NCBI GenBank assembly: GCA_951406725.2
Contig: OX597817.1
Coordinates: 57,970,001 to 58,034,000 of the forward strand
From: Octopus vulgaris
Lineage: Eukaryota
Direction of reading: 5' to 3'
Length of the DNA stretch: 64,000 nucleotides
Shown here: positions 1-14,654 of the stretch, piece after piece
How the letters are laid out: each line of letters starts with the position of its first letter
Numbering within the stretch: position 1 is the stretch's first letter
The notes under the pieces: generated by a model
Databases searched by the model: none
Seen by the model: the letters and a program-made list of their open reading frames with translations, nothing else
What the model was told of the DNA's origin: nothing
Translations under genes and position numbers: made by a program

Positions 1-210
1 TGTACCCTTAACGTAGTTCTTAGGGAGATTCAGCTTGACACAGAATGTGACAAGGTTGGCCCCTTTCAATTACAGGTACAACTCATTTTTGCCATGTGAA
101 TGAACAGGAGAAACGTGAAATAAAATGCTTTGCTTAAGGACGCAACGACCCACCTGGTATCGAACCTATGACCTTACGGTTGTGAGCTGGATACGCTAAC
201 CACTTAGCTA
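1..210 (-). mobile_element. tRNA-derived SINE (family A), runs off the window edge
   Basis: Minus strand has A box tagctaagtgg and B box ggttcgatacc followed by a tgcgtccttaagcaaagca core. Relatives at 32735-32900 (+) and 44030-44258 (-). Shares its 3' part with 38110-38200. Confidence 0.75.
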
Positions 211-576
211 CAGGAGGTGATTTGTAATATCGATCCCGAAAGAATTAAAGATACAATCAATCGGCGGGATTTGGATTCAGGACACAGATACATCAGATAC
301 CACAAGGTACTATGTCCGATGCTCCACCGATTCTGTAATTCCACCATCTTTAGATACATAAATATATTGATTTCTATCATATACAGAAAGTCACACACTT
401 ATTGGGTGGTGGGGAGTGACAGTCGATTATAACAATCCCAATACATAACTGGTATTTACTCATATCGACCTTCCACCCCAAAAAGAATGGAAGATAAAAT
501 TGATTTCAGTGGGATTTGAACCTGGAGTCTGACGCTCTGTCGATTCTGCCGATCCACACTCTGACTCATTTTACAG

Positions 577-861
577 AAATATATTCACCATCATCGTCGT
601 AGTCGTCTTCGTCGTCATCACCACCACCATTACTATCATCACCACCACCATTACTATCACCACCACCACCACTACTATCACCACCACCACCACCACCACC
701 ATCATCATCAGCCGTTCAAGAATTTGGACCTGGAGATCTCCATTTCCAGCGACTTCGAGGGCCACCTCCCCATAGTGTCGGGCGTCAACGAAGAGCCCTC
801 GACTACAAGACGACCAAAGTTTTTTTTCCAAGGTCTGTGGTCTCCCGCCCCTAAGCCCTAG
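577..861 (+). CDS. Probable terminal coding exon of an upstream gene, His/Tyr-rich: KYIHHHRRSRLRRHHHHHYYHHHHHYYHHHHHYYHHHHHHHHHHQPFKNLDLEISISSDFEGHLPIVSGVNEEPSTTRRPKFFFQGLWSPAPKP*
   Basis: Acceptor ctgactcattttacAG ends at 576; the frame is open to TAG at 859-861; the non-repetitive half has GC3-rich, coding-like codons unlike its flanks. Phase 0 is assumed. Not in the ORF track because it lacks an early start codon. Confidence 0.55.
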   Translation, partial: KYIHHHRRSRLRRHHHHHYYHHHHHYYHHHHHYYHHHHHHHHHHQPFKNLDLEISISSDFEGHLPIVSGVNEEPSTTRRPKFFFQGLWSPAPKP

Positions 862-1409
862 ACCATCACCTAATCACTCTTACCCGTCTTGTTGCTTAAC
901 AACAACAACCATCATCATCATGCTCACCACCGCCGCCACCATGTGGGAAACGGTACAAACCCCGATGGAAAGAGCCATGAAAGAAATATGGGTGGATATA
1001 GATCATGTGACCAGAGCAAGGCACTTTGGGAAGCTTTTCTAATCGCATACTGCTTCCGTTGTATATAACGAATTTTTATTCAACCGGACGGCCACTTGCA
1101 TCAACAACAACAACAACAAAATAACGATAGTCTAATTATATTTGAGTCAATTATTTTTCTTTCATGCTTTCTCTAAACTATTCTTTCTTTCTTTTTCTTC
1201 TTCTTTGATTTTCTTTTTTGTCCAGTTTCGTGTGAACGATCAAAGTTTCCTCTCAAAATACCTGTCACTCTAATCAAACACTTACGTCTCCCAAACTTTT
1301 CCCAAACTTAGCGCAGACCCTAAAATACACATTCTGCTGGCCCCTTCTTATCACCACCACCACCTCCTCCTCCCAATACTACTACTAACACTACAACTAC
1401 CAACACCAT

Positions 1410-1485
<76 letters not shown>

Positions 1486-1563
1486 ACTGAGCCAGCTACA
1501 ATGAATCTTCGCGCTATCAGGAGCGAGGGAAGTTACAGAAGTTGCGATATTTCATTGTCGCAA

Positions 1564-1752
1564 GGCGGCGAGCTGGCAGAAAGGTTAGCACGCCGGGCGA
1601 AATGCTTAGCGGTAGTTTGTTTGTCTTTACGTTCTGAGTTTAAATTCCCCCGAGGTCGATAAATTAAGTACCAGTTGCGTACTGAGGTCGATCTAATCGA
1701 CTGACCTCCTCCCCATAAATTTCGGGCCTTGTGCCAAGTGTAGAAAAGGATA
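1564..1752 (+). mobile_element. SINE family B (GGCGGCGAGCTGGCAGAA head), internally deleted copy
   Basis: Same head and body as the copies at 3765, 18729, 30369, 49875 and 59340. The central cctttcatcctttcggggtcgataaa..agtaccag segment of full copies resembles the Nin/Deu SINE domain (from recall). Confidence 0.8.
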
Positions 1753-1999
1753 ATTCATTGTGGTTGATGCTCATGATACGTTGCAACATCGAAAGGTACG
1801 TCGCCCAGACCGGCACCTCGAAGGTACATCGTTTGCGCTTCCAAGAACCCTGAGACTTCATTTGTGCTTCAGGGGGAAAAGAACACACGGTACTTATACA
1901 CGAAATTTGTTTCTATAGCTGCTGGTTTAAGGTGCTCAGTGTGTCCCTAGGTGTTAATAAACTCCGTTGTCGCACCTCCACGTCGCGTCGATGTGTGCG

Positions 2000-2230
2000 C
2001 TCCTTCGATATGCGAAGCAGTGTGGACACATCACCTCGGTTGTGACGGACGCAGCACGGGTGCGAATATCAAGATACTGTTCACCATTCTTTTGGAGAGG
2101 AATCCCAGACGGGCGGTTGGATGGGGAACGTGGAACCAGATACGAACCACAGCCATCGACAGGGCTACACGAAGTGAGAGAGTGGAAGCCTTATGTGCCA
2201 CGCGGCACGAAAAGAAATAAAAACAAGAAA
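2000..2230 (+). mobile_element. RTE-clade LINE 3' end remnant
   Basis: ORF 1951-2220 ends GWGTWNQIRTTAIDRATRSERVEALCATRHEKK, matching the W....A.DR..W...V.ALCA terminus of RTE-like ORF2, followed by an A-rich tail. Confidence 0.6.
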
Positions 2231-3474
2231 TGCTTGTGTGACATGAGTGCCCTTGTATGACACGAATGCCCCTCTCTAAATGCTCAAAGCTGTAAAAGCA
2301 GGCAAGGATAGGCTGGGGCTACAAACACGGCACTTCTCAAATGGATAGCCGTTTAACCCATTTGAGGTTTTTGGCCTTCTGGTAGGTTTTGTTTTCCTTT
2401 CTGCAGGAAGTTCAAATCCTTTCTTATTTTACCAAGCAATCTAGGCGGGTGGGATTGTTGATTTACTTACGGACGAGCCGACCATGTTCAGATTGTTCGG
2501 TTTACATGGCTATCAGTTGTTGGTCTCTGGTTATCGGATCTTTGACCTACCTGACATATGTATCTGTCTGTCTGTCTGTCTCTCTCTCTCTTTTTTTTGT
2601 ATACATTTATACATATATTGTTTGTGAATGTGTATGTATGTGTGTGTGTGTATGTGTGATGCATAAAAAGGAAATAAAAATCAGAATAAGTCGTTGGAAG
2701 ACAGCAGGAGTAAGAGAACGGAAAGGGAATTTTGTGAAGGTAGAGAGAAGTGGGGAGTAGGGGAAAATGGAGAAAGGGACTGAGAAAAAGAGGGGAAGAG
2801 AGAGAAAGAGGGAGAGAGATATCGAGTGTCGGAGCGACAATGTTTAGGATGGTCGACTTGTGAAAACAATTTCCCGTGTTCGAAATTATTAAGAAAACAA
2901 ACACCGTGTTGCAGAGTTAAATGTAAGAAAAATAAATAAAAACAAATAGATAAATAATGATATTAAAATGATCCTCCGTCGGTTCGTTCAACTATAATTC
3001 TCTAATATATATATGCATGGCCGCAGTCAAATGACTGAAACAAGTAAAAGAAAAAAATATATATATATATAATTGAGATTCAGTTGAATTAGGTACTTAA
3101 GTTGAAGCACCAAGTGAGTCCGGTACAATCCTCAGAGTTCGAAGTAAGGTGAATAAAATCAAAATAAACAACAGGATACCAAGAAGTGATGCAGTACGAT
3201 GCAAGCGCCTTCATTTAATTGAACAAAGCAATCATTTCATCAATTTAAATGTAGGGCTATCATCAGCTGCACAAATAAATAAATAGAATTTCAATCAGTC
3301 GGACTCATTAATATGATTTTACTCAAATACTTTAACAGAGCACGAAGACGGAAGAAATCCATTGTTGTCGTTATTGTAGCTAAGAATAGACTAAGGACGG
3401 CATTGTTCAATTAAATGGAGCTGCTTGAAACGGTCGAACTGCATCACTTTTTGACATCCTGTTGCTTATTTTGA

Positions 3475-3534
<60 letters not shown>

Positions 3535-3550
3535 AATCAATCAATCTATC

Positions 3551-3601
<51 letters not shown>

Positions 3602-3764
3602 AGAGTGAGAGAGAGAGAGAGAAAGAGAGAGGGTGGCGAAAGAGAGAGGTCCACACTGTTTAATTGCATGGCCTTCGTGATTGCAATTCCTATTCAATCA
3701 ATCAAATTCACTTATTAGGTGAGACTTTACGATATTTCAGTATTTTGTCGTTGAGGCTACGTAA

Positions 3765-4377
3765 GGCGGCGAGCTGGCAGAAATGTTAGCACGCCGGGCG
3801 AAATGCGTAGCCGTATTTCGTCTGCCGTTACGTTCTGAGTTCAAATTCCGCCGAGGTCGACTTTGCCTTTCATCCTTTCGGGGTCGATAAATTTAGTACC
3901 AGTTACGCACTGGGGTCGATGTAATCGACTTAATCCATTTGTCTGTCCTTGTCTGTCCCCTCTGTATTTAGCTCCTTGTGGGTAATAAGAAACAGGTATT
4001 TCGTCAGCCGCTACGTTCTGAGTTTAAATTCCGTCGAGGTCGACTTTGCCTTTCATCCTTTCGGGGTCGATAAATTAAGTACCAGTTACGTAATGGGGTC
4101 GATGCAATCAACTTAATCCCTTTGTCTGTCCTTGTTTGCCCCCTCTATGTTTAGTCCCTTGTGGGCAATAAAGAAATAAGAAACAGCACGCCGAGCGAAA
4201 TGCTTAGCGGTATTCCGTCTGTCTTTACGTTCTGAGTTTAAATTCCGTCGAGGTCGACTTTGCTTTTTATCTTTTCGGGGTCGATAAATTAAGTACCAGT
4301 TGCGTACTGGGATGGATCTAATCGAGTGGTCCCCTGCCCCAAAATTTTGGGCCTTGTGCCTAGAGTAGAAAAGTATT
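3765..4377 (+). mobile_element. SINE family B, head-to-tail trimer
   Basis: The block acgttctgagttcaaattccgccgaggtcgac...gtaccagttacg occurs three times (about 3830, 4013, 4227). Confidence 0.85.
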
Positions 4378-4899
4378 GTGGCTATGTATGCATGCATGGT
4401 TTGATTTATATAATGTTCCAAAGCTAAAGCATTCTTTTCCTTATTCTACGTATTGACATAATCTACTTCCATACAGTTCAAGCTGCAGTACGACGTTTCG
4501 GGTGGAATTCTTTCATTAAAGAGAAAAGAATTGTCTATCGGGGTTGATTGATAAGTTCACTGGCGCTAGTGAGAAAGTGAGAGTGAGAGAGAGAGTGTGT
4601 GAGTGAATGAGTGAGATAGAAAGGGAAAGAAAGGACCTACTTCCTTTCCTTACCAGAACATTACTTCTCATCTTTCTTATAGGAACGTTAAACTCCTCTT
4701 ATGTGTGTGTATATATATGTATTAAACAGGAGACAAACAAGTAAGTTTTTGGATAATTTTCGGTTAAAAGTTGGCGGGTTTTCATTGTAGCCAGCGAATG
4801 GACTGCGTCTGCGCAGTAAAATTTGAAAAGTTAGTTCGTATGAACACGAGACAAGTAGCCTTGTTTGTCTCCTGTTGGATATGTTTAACCCTAGGTTGG

Positions 4900-4977
4900 A
4901 CCTTGCTGAAGAAAATCAGACCTTGTGAGTTCCCCCTGACTCGCTAAAAGATGATCAGAAACCAATTGGTCCAGGGT
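4900..4977 (+). ncRNA. Type I hammerhead ribozyme motif, partly decayed
   Basis: ACCUUG-CUGAAGA-...-GAAAC-CAAUUG-GUC-CAGGGU; stem I 6 bp, palindromic loop III, weak base of stem II. Confidence 0.5.
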
Positions 4978-5124
4978 ACTAGATGGTAAACGTTTTTCAT
5001 TTCCAAATTTATTCCTGTCGAATTTTATCCGTTATTTTTGTGGTTTACAGAACCTAGCTGTTCTTTCTAATGTGTTGAATTCACGTTAAGTGGATTCCTT
5101 ATGTGTATAAATATACACTATATC

Positions 5125-5165
<41 letters not shown>

Positions 5166-5670
5166 TAATGATTATATGTGTGAGTGCACGCGTGTGGATG
5201 TAGTAGCATTCATATTCGAAGTCTGAACTTAAACGAAGAACAATGCGAATCAAAATTAATAATAAAATTTAACACAATTTACTATTATACAATTTAATAC
5301 GTATTAATTTCAGCATTATTAATGCAATTTAATTCAATTCTTCGCAATAAAATGATTTTAAATAATTCAGAATAACAAATGATACTTGTCTTGTCACCAG
5401 GCATAAGAACGTTGAGAACACTTGGAAATGTTTATTATCCAGCTATAATTTGATCATTAATTGAATTATTCTCTTAATTATTCTAAATTACGTTTTTATA
5501 TATTGAACTGAATAAAATTGTATTACCATGAATTACTTAAAATTTTAAAAATTCTAATTCGTACGTGAGTAAGTGCTGTTAGAGCAGAAATTTGAATTTT
5601 AGAATAATAAGTATGCGTAAAAACAAATCGGCCGCCAATAATATTTTTGTAAAAATTTCTAAATTAGACG

Positions 5671-6072
<402 letters not shown>

Positions 6073-6114
6073 CGAGCAGTTACTGTCTATATCCCTTTTA
6101 GAGAATTATTATTG

Positions 6115-6155
<41 letters not shown>

Positions 6156-6914
6156 AATTATAATAGTAATTTGACGGAATATTATTCCTAACTTACAGGG
6201 AAAAATTCAATTTAGAAATACTAAATCAAATTTTACAAAATATAATATATATATAAAAATTAGAAAAAAAAACACATTTTATCAATTCCAAATGAACAAT
6301 TAAATTACACCATCTAGAAAATTACATATAATAGAAAGATTAAAAATAAAATAACAATAATATACCGATGATTAAGTAAATTGCAAAATCATAATAAAAA
6401 CGTATATATTTAGTATATATACTTGTTGGTATATATAAATATATATATACACATATATATATATCTGTAAATATGATATGTGACAATTATTCGGTAGCCA
6501 TGATAAAACTCTGAGTTTCAGATGTCAGGGCGGAAACACACACCGGCATTTCGGGCCATCAAAAAATGCTATGAAAAATTACCGTTAAACATAGGGAGAT
6601 TTCTGTGTGATTGACCGTTATTAAGACAAAAGAGCTGTTAGAATAACCGCTAAATAAGGGGAGGGAGTAAAAGGTAAAGGAGTAAAAATGCTCATAGCAA
6701 TCGCGTAAGCGCGCATGTCCATACATACAGATGCGCGGCCGAACACCCACGTATATGTGCCTATATGCATATGCTTATCCGCCTCGACATCTGAAACTCG
6801 GAGTTTTATCATGGGTACCGAATAATTGTCACTTATTACATTTACAGATAAATTCCTCTATTTACATAATATCGAGATCTCTTTCATTCTTTCGCTGTCT
6901 TACCATTTCTATCA

Positions 6915-6988
<74 letters not shown>

Positions 6989-7206
6989 ATAGATAGTGAG
7001 TGGACAAATGAAAGTGGCACTTAACGCATTTGGTAGTAGTTACGTATATAGCTAATAACAGTTTGACTGAGTCCCATCTGATTTTGAGATTCGGGGGCAT
7101 TTGAGACAAGTCCATCTCATCAGATACCAAAAGAGGAAGAGATTTGAGACTAGTTCTTGACGCAAGATAGCTTCTAGATGTGGGGTCTCTAGTGGTCAGC
7201 TCACAG

Positions 7207-7268
<62 letters not shown>

Positions 7269-7289
7269 CTATTTCCCCAGACACAATAA

Positions 7290-8176
7290 TCTCTCTATAT
7301 ATAAACGGCAGTTTGTCTGTGTGCGTGTCTGTGTGTCTGTTAGGTTGTACCCTCACCCTGACCACGGCTTTCAACCGATTCTGATGAAACTTGACACACA
7401 CATAGCCCAATGTCATAATTCAAAACTAACGCAGCGAAAATTTTGAAAAGTTCCCCCAGTTCTGAAAAAAATCGATAAATTTGACATGGGGTCGAGAATC
7501 AGAAACACAAACCACAGACTGTCTAGGGGACGCAACTCGACCTTTTTAACTCTCAACTCCATCAATATCCAGCTATTCCTGGTACAGACTGTCTAGGGGA
7601 CGCAACTCGACATTTTTAACTCTCAACTTGGCGAAGGCAAAATACCAGGGGATGAAAATGGTAATATTGCCATCGATTCCATTTGTACCATTGTTAAAAC
7701 GCCTTCTGATCTCAGAGATGCAGTGTTCCCAGATCTACAAGCTAATTATCAGAATATGGATTGGATTGGCCAAAGGGCTATTCTGGCCCCGAGGAATAAA
7801 ACTGTTCACCATATTAATGATGAAATGCTAAAAATCATTCCTGGGGATGTCTATGTATATAAGTCTATCGATACAACTCCTGACCCAGAGGACGTCATCA
7901 ACTATCCAATAGAGGTACTCAATTCCTTTGAGCCCCCCCCCCCCCCCCCCGGACTACCACCACACATTCTCAAACTTAAAGTTGGTGCCCCTATAATGCT
8001 CATTAGAAATTTGGTTCCCCCAAAACAATGCAATGGCACACGTTTGATCGTTAAGTCCTTATCTCCCACCGTAAACTTATATCAATATTTGCCTGAATAA
8101 TCATCATAATTCAGTGCAATCATTAACAGTACTTTCAAGCAATTCAGCCCTGAGCATCGCCGGGCAATTCTGCTAG
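7290..8176 (+). mobile_element. Internally deleted Helitron carrying a PIF1-like helicase fragment
   Basis: 5' TC after A; 3' hairpin gccctgagcatcgccgggc then CTAG before T. ORF 7723-8100 has RAILAPRN and GLPPHILKLKVGAPIMLIRNL..CNGTRL (Helitron PIF1 motifs). Confidence 0.9.
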
Positions 8177-8319
8177 TATATATATATATTGATAGAAATG
8201 GTAAGACAACAAAAGAAAGAAAGATACCTCAATATTATGTAAATAGAGGAATTTATCTGTAAATGTAATATGTGACAATTATTCATGGCTACCGAAAAAT
8301 TGCCACATATTACATTTAC

Positions 8320-8382
<63 letters not shown>

Positions 8383-8411
8383 TATATATACATATATATA
8401 TATATACACAC

Positions 8412-8474
<63 letters not shown>

Positions 8475-8679
8475 CACATATATATATATGTAGAGAAAGA
8501 GAGAGAGAGAGAGAAAGGGAGAAAGATGTGTGATGAGGAAAAAGTAAAACTCTAAGCATGATCGTATGTATTTTTCATTTGAAAAGCAGACGTTACAAAG
8601 TTTTCTGCCGATTAAATAACAAAAAAAACCCCCAAAAAAAAACAACAAAACAAAAAATAACAACAAAAAATAAGGTTAT

Positions 8680-9054
8680 CTTTTATCTTTTATTTGTTTC
8701 GGTCATTTAACTGCGGCCACACTGGAGCACTGTCTTACACTGCACATTTTTTATGTTTAGCATTTATTATATCATTCTCTTTGGCCAAACAGCTAAGTTA
8801 TGGGGGACTTAAGAATGTCAATACCTTGTCAAACAGTGGTGGTGTGACAGACACACAAACACAAAGGCACATACATACGCATACATATAACGGGCTTCAA
8901 CAGCAGTTTCCGTTGACCAAATTAATTTTACAAGGCATTGGTTGGTTCGGGACTTTAGTAGAATACACTCGCCTAAGGTAGCACGTAATGGGACTGAACC
9001 CGGAACCACGTGGTTGCAAATCTTGCTTTTTAGCCACCCAACCATGCCTGCGCC
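8680..9054 (-). mobile_element. SINE family C (GGCGCAGGCATGG head, internal TG/TA microsatellite)
   Basis: Minus strand head with ggttccgggttcagtccc B-box-like motif. Relatives at 17466-17905 (+) and 47240-47394 (-), tail pieces near 3015-3055 and 43870-43940. Confidence 0.75.
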
Positions 9055-9161
9055 GATAAGCCATGCCTGCGCCGATAAGCCATGCCTGCGCCGATAAGCC
9101 ATGCCTGCGCCGATAAGCCATGCCTGCGCCGATAAGCCATGCCTGCGCCGATAAGCCATGC
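9042..9161. repeat. 19-bp minisatellite (CCATGCCTGCGCCGATAAG) x about 6.3
   Basis: Six identical consecutive units read directly; the unit contains the 5' terminus of the adjacent SINE. Confidence 0.95.
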
Positions 9162-9647
9162 TTATGCCTATGTTAGCTATCACATTTGATGGAATATGAT
9201 ACGTATTTTTTGCCGAAAAGAAAAAAAGATATCTCGAATATCACCTCAGGTCCTCTATGGAGCTTTATTTCACGCTTTGATGCATTAAAAACGTTTTTTC
9301 TTGAAAGCGCTGTTGTAATTGAGACTCATCAAATATGCCAATGCGTCTTTTAGTCCATTAAACAAGATATTTTATAAGAAAAGCCTGTGATCATACGATT
9401 CTTTTGTGAAAACAATTTTGTGGAGAAACATAGTAACATTGTACATTATTTACATTATTTACATTGGACGGATATCTGTCTTGTTTGTTGTTACCACAAC
9501 GTTTCGGCTGATATACCCTCCAGCCTTCATCAGGTGACCTGTTAGAATTTTGAACCCAACCCTAGGTTCTCATTCTTAAGGTATTTTTTGCTGATGTTAT
9601 TATTATTATTGTTGTTGTTGTTGTTGATGTTGTTATTATTGTTATTG

Positions 9648-9716
<69 letters not shown>

Positions 9717-9859
9717 GAACATGAGCTAGTTTCTGGTGGAGTTTCTCTGAATATCCAATGTAAATAATGTATGTAAATAATGTACAGAATTCCTCGTCTC
9801 TAAAATATAGAACAGTATTATCTGATCGGTACGGAGCCAATATTAGACTCTAGTTTTTA

Positions 9860-9957
<98 letters not shown>

Positions 9958-10930
9958 TAATAATAATAATAATAGCAACAGCAAAAAATACCTTGGGAAT
10001 GAGAACCCAGGGCTGGGTTAAAAATTCTACCAAGACACCTGATGAAGTCTGGAGAGTCGAAACTTTGTAATAACAACAAACAAGAGGAGGACACATATCC
10101 GTCCAATCTAAATAATGTTCAGAATTCCTCATTTCTAAAATATAGAAAAGTAATAACTCTGTATTGAATTTTGAATATGAACTGCGCATGTGTAAAATTG
10201 AAAATTGAATCGGATATAAATAAATATTTTTGATAATAAATAATAAATTTATTTTGATAATGTATAGATACTTTTGGTAATAATATTTTTGATAATAATA
10301 CTTTTGAGGAATGCTTGATTCATACAATTATCTCCGAGGTACCCAATAGCAAATTTCGCTTTTGTTTCGTCTCAAGGGTCTATCCGACTGAGCGTTCTCT
10401 GAGTGACCACCCCCGTCTTTTTGACTAGCCAGAATTATATTTTCGCGATCTCCATTCGTTTTTAGGATGATAGTGTGTGATTTGAGGGAGATTTGGCTGA
10501 TATTTCTTGCAGGTAAAGAGTCTCCACGTAGGCTTCGGCAATGTAACGGAGAGTGGCATAAACATCACCTCTCATCATTTCATATCGGCTCTAAACCTGC
10601 GACCCCGGTCGGGTGGGATGATGCGGGCGGAGGGTTTGGACGTCTTTATATGGAACACAAAGCAACGGTGATTCATTCGCGGTTTTGTGCTTCTTACACA
10701 GTTTGTCAGGTTTAGTTTCGGCTCGTTTCCTTCTGGGGTTGGTCGTTGGCAGGTTATACATAAATAACAGGGAAAGAGAGAGGCAGGGGGAAGAAAGATA
10801 AACAAAGAGAGGGGTAGAAATACAGAAAGAGGAGTGCAAATTGAGACATTAAGAGCGAAGGAGCGGTTCAAGATCTGTAATATGCTGTGACAATCATAGC
10901 TTGCCTGGCTAAACTCTTTTGTCATATTCA

Positions 10931-10972
<42 letters not shown>

Positions 10973-11217
10973 GATGGAATGACGCATATATATGCACCAG
11001 ACACGCACATATCTTTCCACACGCTCTCGTACACACGCATAAATATTCATGTACTAAACCGACTGACACTGGCATAGATATGGATGTATATGCATATGTA
11101 TGTATGTGTGCATGTGCATGTGTGTGTGTATGCCTTTAGACATTTTTACAATATACATACATGTGTCTATATACATTCATGCAAATATACCCACACATGG
11201 AAATATAAATGTACACG

Positions 11218-11260
<43 letters not shown>

Positions 11261-11471
11261 ATACTCTATGTTTTTACAGACGATACATATACATACACAC
11301 ACACACACATATATATACACACACACACACACTTATATGAATGTAATAAAACATACACACACGTACTTTTATACATGCATGTACATACGTTTCTACGTAT
11401 GCTTATACACATATATACATACATGTGAGTTTATGGATTTAGGTAAATATATTCACACGTGGAAATATAAA

Positions 11472-11527
<56 letters not shown>

Positions 11528-11542
11528 TATACACTCATATAA

Positions 11543-11588
<46 letters not shown>

Positions 11589-12658
11589 TCATATGAATGT
11601 AGTAATACTTACACATACATATATGCCTGTAGCACACATACAAACACACACACACACACACACCTACACGCGCGAGTACATTTATCTATGTGTGTTGTGT
11701 CTGTATGTGTATCTACTGTATGTAAATCTACTGTATGTAACCGTAAGCAAAGCCATGTCCTCTCATTTGTTGAATCACAGAACCCAACGCACCACTCTTG
11801 TTGGTGTTTACTTCTGCTTCAGATCAGCATCTTTTACTTTACATTGACTCAGTTCAGCAAATTGTCAGGAATAGGTGCCACCGCATCAATCTGGCTTGCT
11901 ATCACACCACAGGGCACTTAACTGTCAGTAACGGGGACTGCATCAACTTTGTTCAGTCTTTATTCATTGTCCACGTAGCTGTCAGTGATAAAAGCCCAAA
12001 TCAATCTCGGTCACTGTCAGGCCACAGTCTGCGTAGATTGTACCAAGAGCTGTTATATTGATCTGTTCCAGTTTCATCCCACAGTCCATTAATTACTTCA
12101 AATAGCTGCCAATAATAGGTAGAAGATCAATCTAATTCAGCTTCAGATCGGAATTCATCGATCCGTTTTCCAAGTTTCCCGAAATAGATAGCATATTAGT
12201 CTGTTTCAGTCTCAAACCACAGTTCAAGAAAAGGTAGGAGACAAGACGGGTCCAACTTAGGACCCAAGTCCACCAGTCTGGTTCAACCTCGAGTCACAGT
12301 CCATCGATCGTATTGCTGTCAGAAATCTTTAGCAAATCAATCTGCTTCAGTCTTGCATATAGCCGACCAAACCAGCAAGTCCCCTCAGTGATGAGTACCG
12401 GATCAATATGCAGACCATGATACCCCGATCAGTTTATTTGGTTGTTCATCATACATATCCGTTCAACGCGGTTTAGCTTTGCGCCATAGTCTACCAGAGA
12501 TTTCACCGAGCTTTATGAACATATTAGATGCATTCGTGCACAATTGCTTTATAAGCAGACAAAAGAATTCCATCGGACGACAGTGAAATTTCCTGGAAGC
12601 ATTTCGGTACTCGACATTTGAAAGTTTACATTCGCCCCGTCGATATCTATACGATATT

Positions 12659-12802
12659 GGTGGAGGCGCAATGGCCCAGTGGTTAGGGCAGCGGACTCGC
12701 GGTCAAAGGATCATGGTTTCGATTCCCAGACCGGGTGTTGTGAGTGTTTATTGAGCGAAAACACCTAAAGCTCCACGAGGCTCCAGCAGGGGATGGTGGT
12801 GA
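12659..12802 (+). mobile_element. SINE family D head (tRNA-like, GGTGGAGGCGCAATGGCCCAGTGG)
   Basis: A box tggcccagtgg and B box ggtttcgattcc; a longer copy lies at 38015-38386 (-). Confidence 0.75.
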
Positions 12803-13612
12803 ACACGTGTCTGCTTCCACATCTATACTATGATAAAGAAACCTGCTTGTTATTAGTTATTAATATATAACTTCTACTGAAAGAAAGCAATTATTAAAAT
12901 TTACATTGTCTAGAAAATTCTTGTCAATTCCAATTTGTGTGTACGTGTGCTTATGTGAGAGAGAGTGTGTATGTGTATGTGTGTTCATATGAATGAATAA
13001 AATCTAGCATTGTGGGTGAATTGTGTAGTTGGAGACTCAAATAATAAAATATCTTGAAAACCATAAATGATATATATATATATATATATATAAATTATAT
13101 AAATAAGGATAAGATCGATATTTAAATATCGAACTTATCAAGTGGCCAGCATGGGAATAAAAACCTTCAAAGGTAATAATTATTATTAAGATTATAATTT
13201 AGGGTATCTAAGCTATTTCAAGCGTGGTGGTATCGCTTAGATACCCTAAATTATAATCTATATTTATATTAGTTTAATTTACTTAGGACAATTGTACAAA
13301 TATAAACTTGTGGTTTTAAATGTAGCTTTCGTCAGTCTGTTCCGTTTATTGATAATCGAATAAACAAAGTAGCCGCCGATTCAATGTATGGGTTTTAGCG
13401 GTATCTGGTTTGGCCTCGTATCGCAGTCGATCGGTCGATCGGTCGTTTCGGGCTGTTTTGATTAGGAGTTCCACTTGATTGCTCTTGTATAAATAACACT
13501 GATATACTTAAACTCATCAACCACAAAGCACTCTCCAACCACGTTATGTATACATACATACATACATACATACGTACGTACATACATAGCTATCTACTTA
13601 AATGCATGTGTG

Positions 13613-13666
<54 letters not shown>

Positions 13667-13868
13667 GAGGGAGGGGGAGAGGGGGAGGGGGAGATAAAGA
13701 GATACACACAGACTCACACACAAATATATTTATATATACACACATTCTAAGCAAGGTAGATTAGTCTCGTCCGAGTTTTGATTATAGGACCTCTCGCACC
13801 CTATTCATTAACCATATGCATACATACATACATACATACATACATACATACATACATACATACATACA

Positions 13869-13900
<32 letters not shown>

Positions 13901-14040
13901 CAAAAATTTAATTCCAGAAAGTTCAGGTCATTCGGTTTTTGAGGTTCTTTTAAAAGTAATTAATAACTTGAAAGGAAATCTTTCTTCAAATGTGTATGTA
14001 TGTATGTGTGTGTGTATGTATGTATGTGTATGTGTGTATG

Positions 14041-14071
<31 letters not shown>

Positions 14072-14148
14072 GTATGTATGTATGTATGTGTGTATATGTG
14101 TATGTATGTATGTATGTATGTATGTATGTATGTATGTATGTATGTATG

Positions 14149-14181
<33 letters not shown>

Positions 14182-14654
14182 GTCTACGTCTACATATATA
14201 TTAAATATTAGCAAAGGAAGCGGTATTAATAATGAATGGCCGTAATATATATAGACATGTAATACAAGAAGCACAGACGTGATTTCGGTGTGCTTGCGCT
14301 TCATCATCAGCAGACATCCATTATTTTAATGCGAAACATCGATACTCTCCAGCGTTCCACATACAAATGCTCGTAATCTGTGTCCATTTTGGATAAGACT
14401 ACATGAGGTTACATAGATTGCATTATGTCACGTTGCCTTATAGGAAATGGAAAAAGATTACGAAATTTGCTAAGTGAAACATTTGATAATTGTGATGTTT
14501 AGCGTGAAAACAATTGTGGAAGGATATATTTAAAGATACATTATCCAGTGCGTTCCCTTTTTTTTGTTGCTCGTTGAATCGTGCACTCCACACTTCATAG
14601 CATCAGAATGTACCATCAGCTTCAGCCGCGCGCGCGCACACACACACACAGCTG

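Noticed and set aside
7723-8100. Host PIF1 helicase gene
   Set aside because: A fragment enclosed by Helitron termini; the second fragment at 46718-47233 has an in-frame stop.
9042-9161. CRISPR-like array
   Set aside because: Repeats are contiguous with no spacers, there are no cas genes, and the context is eukaryotic.
12659-12735. tRNA gene
   Set aside because: Has A/B boxes but continues into a SINE body shared with 38015-38386 and lacks a clean cloverleaf and terminator.
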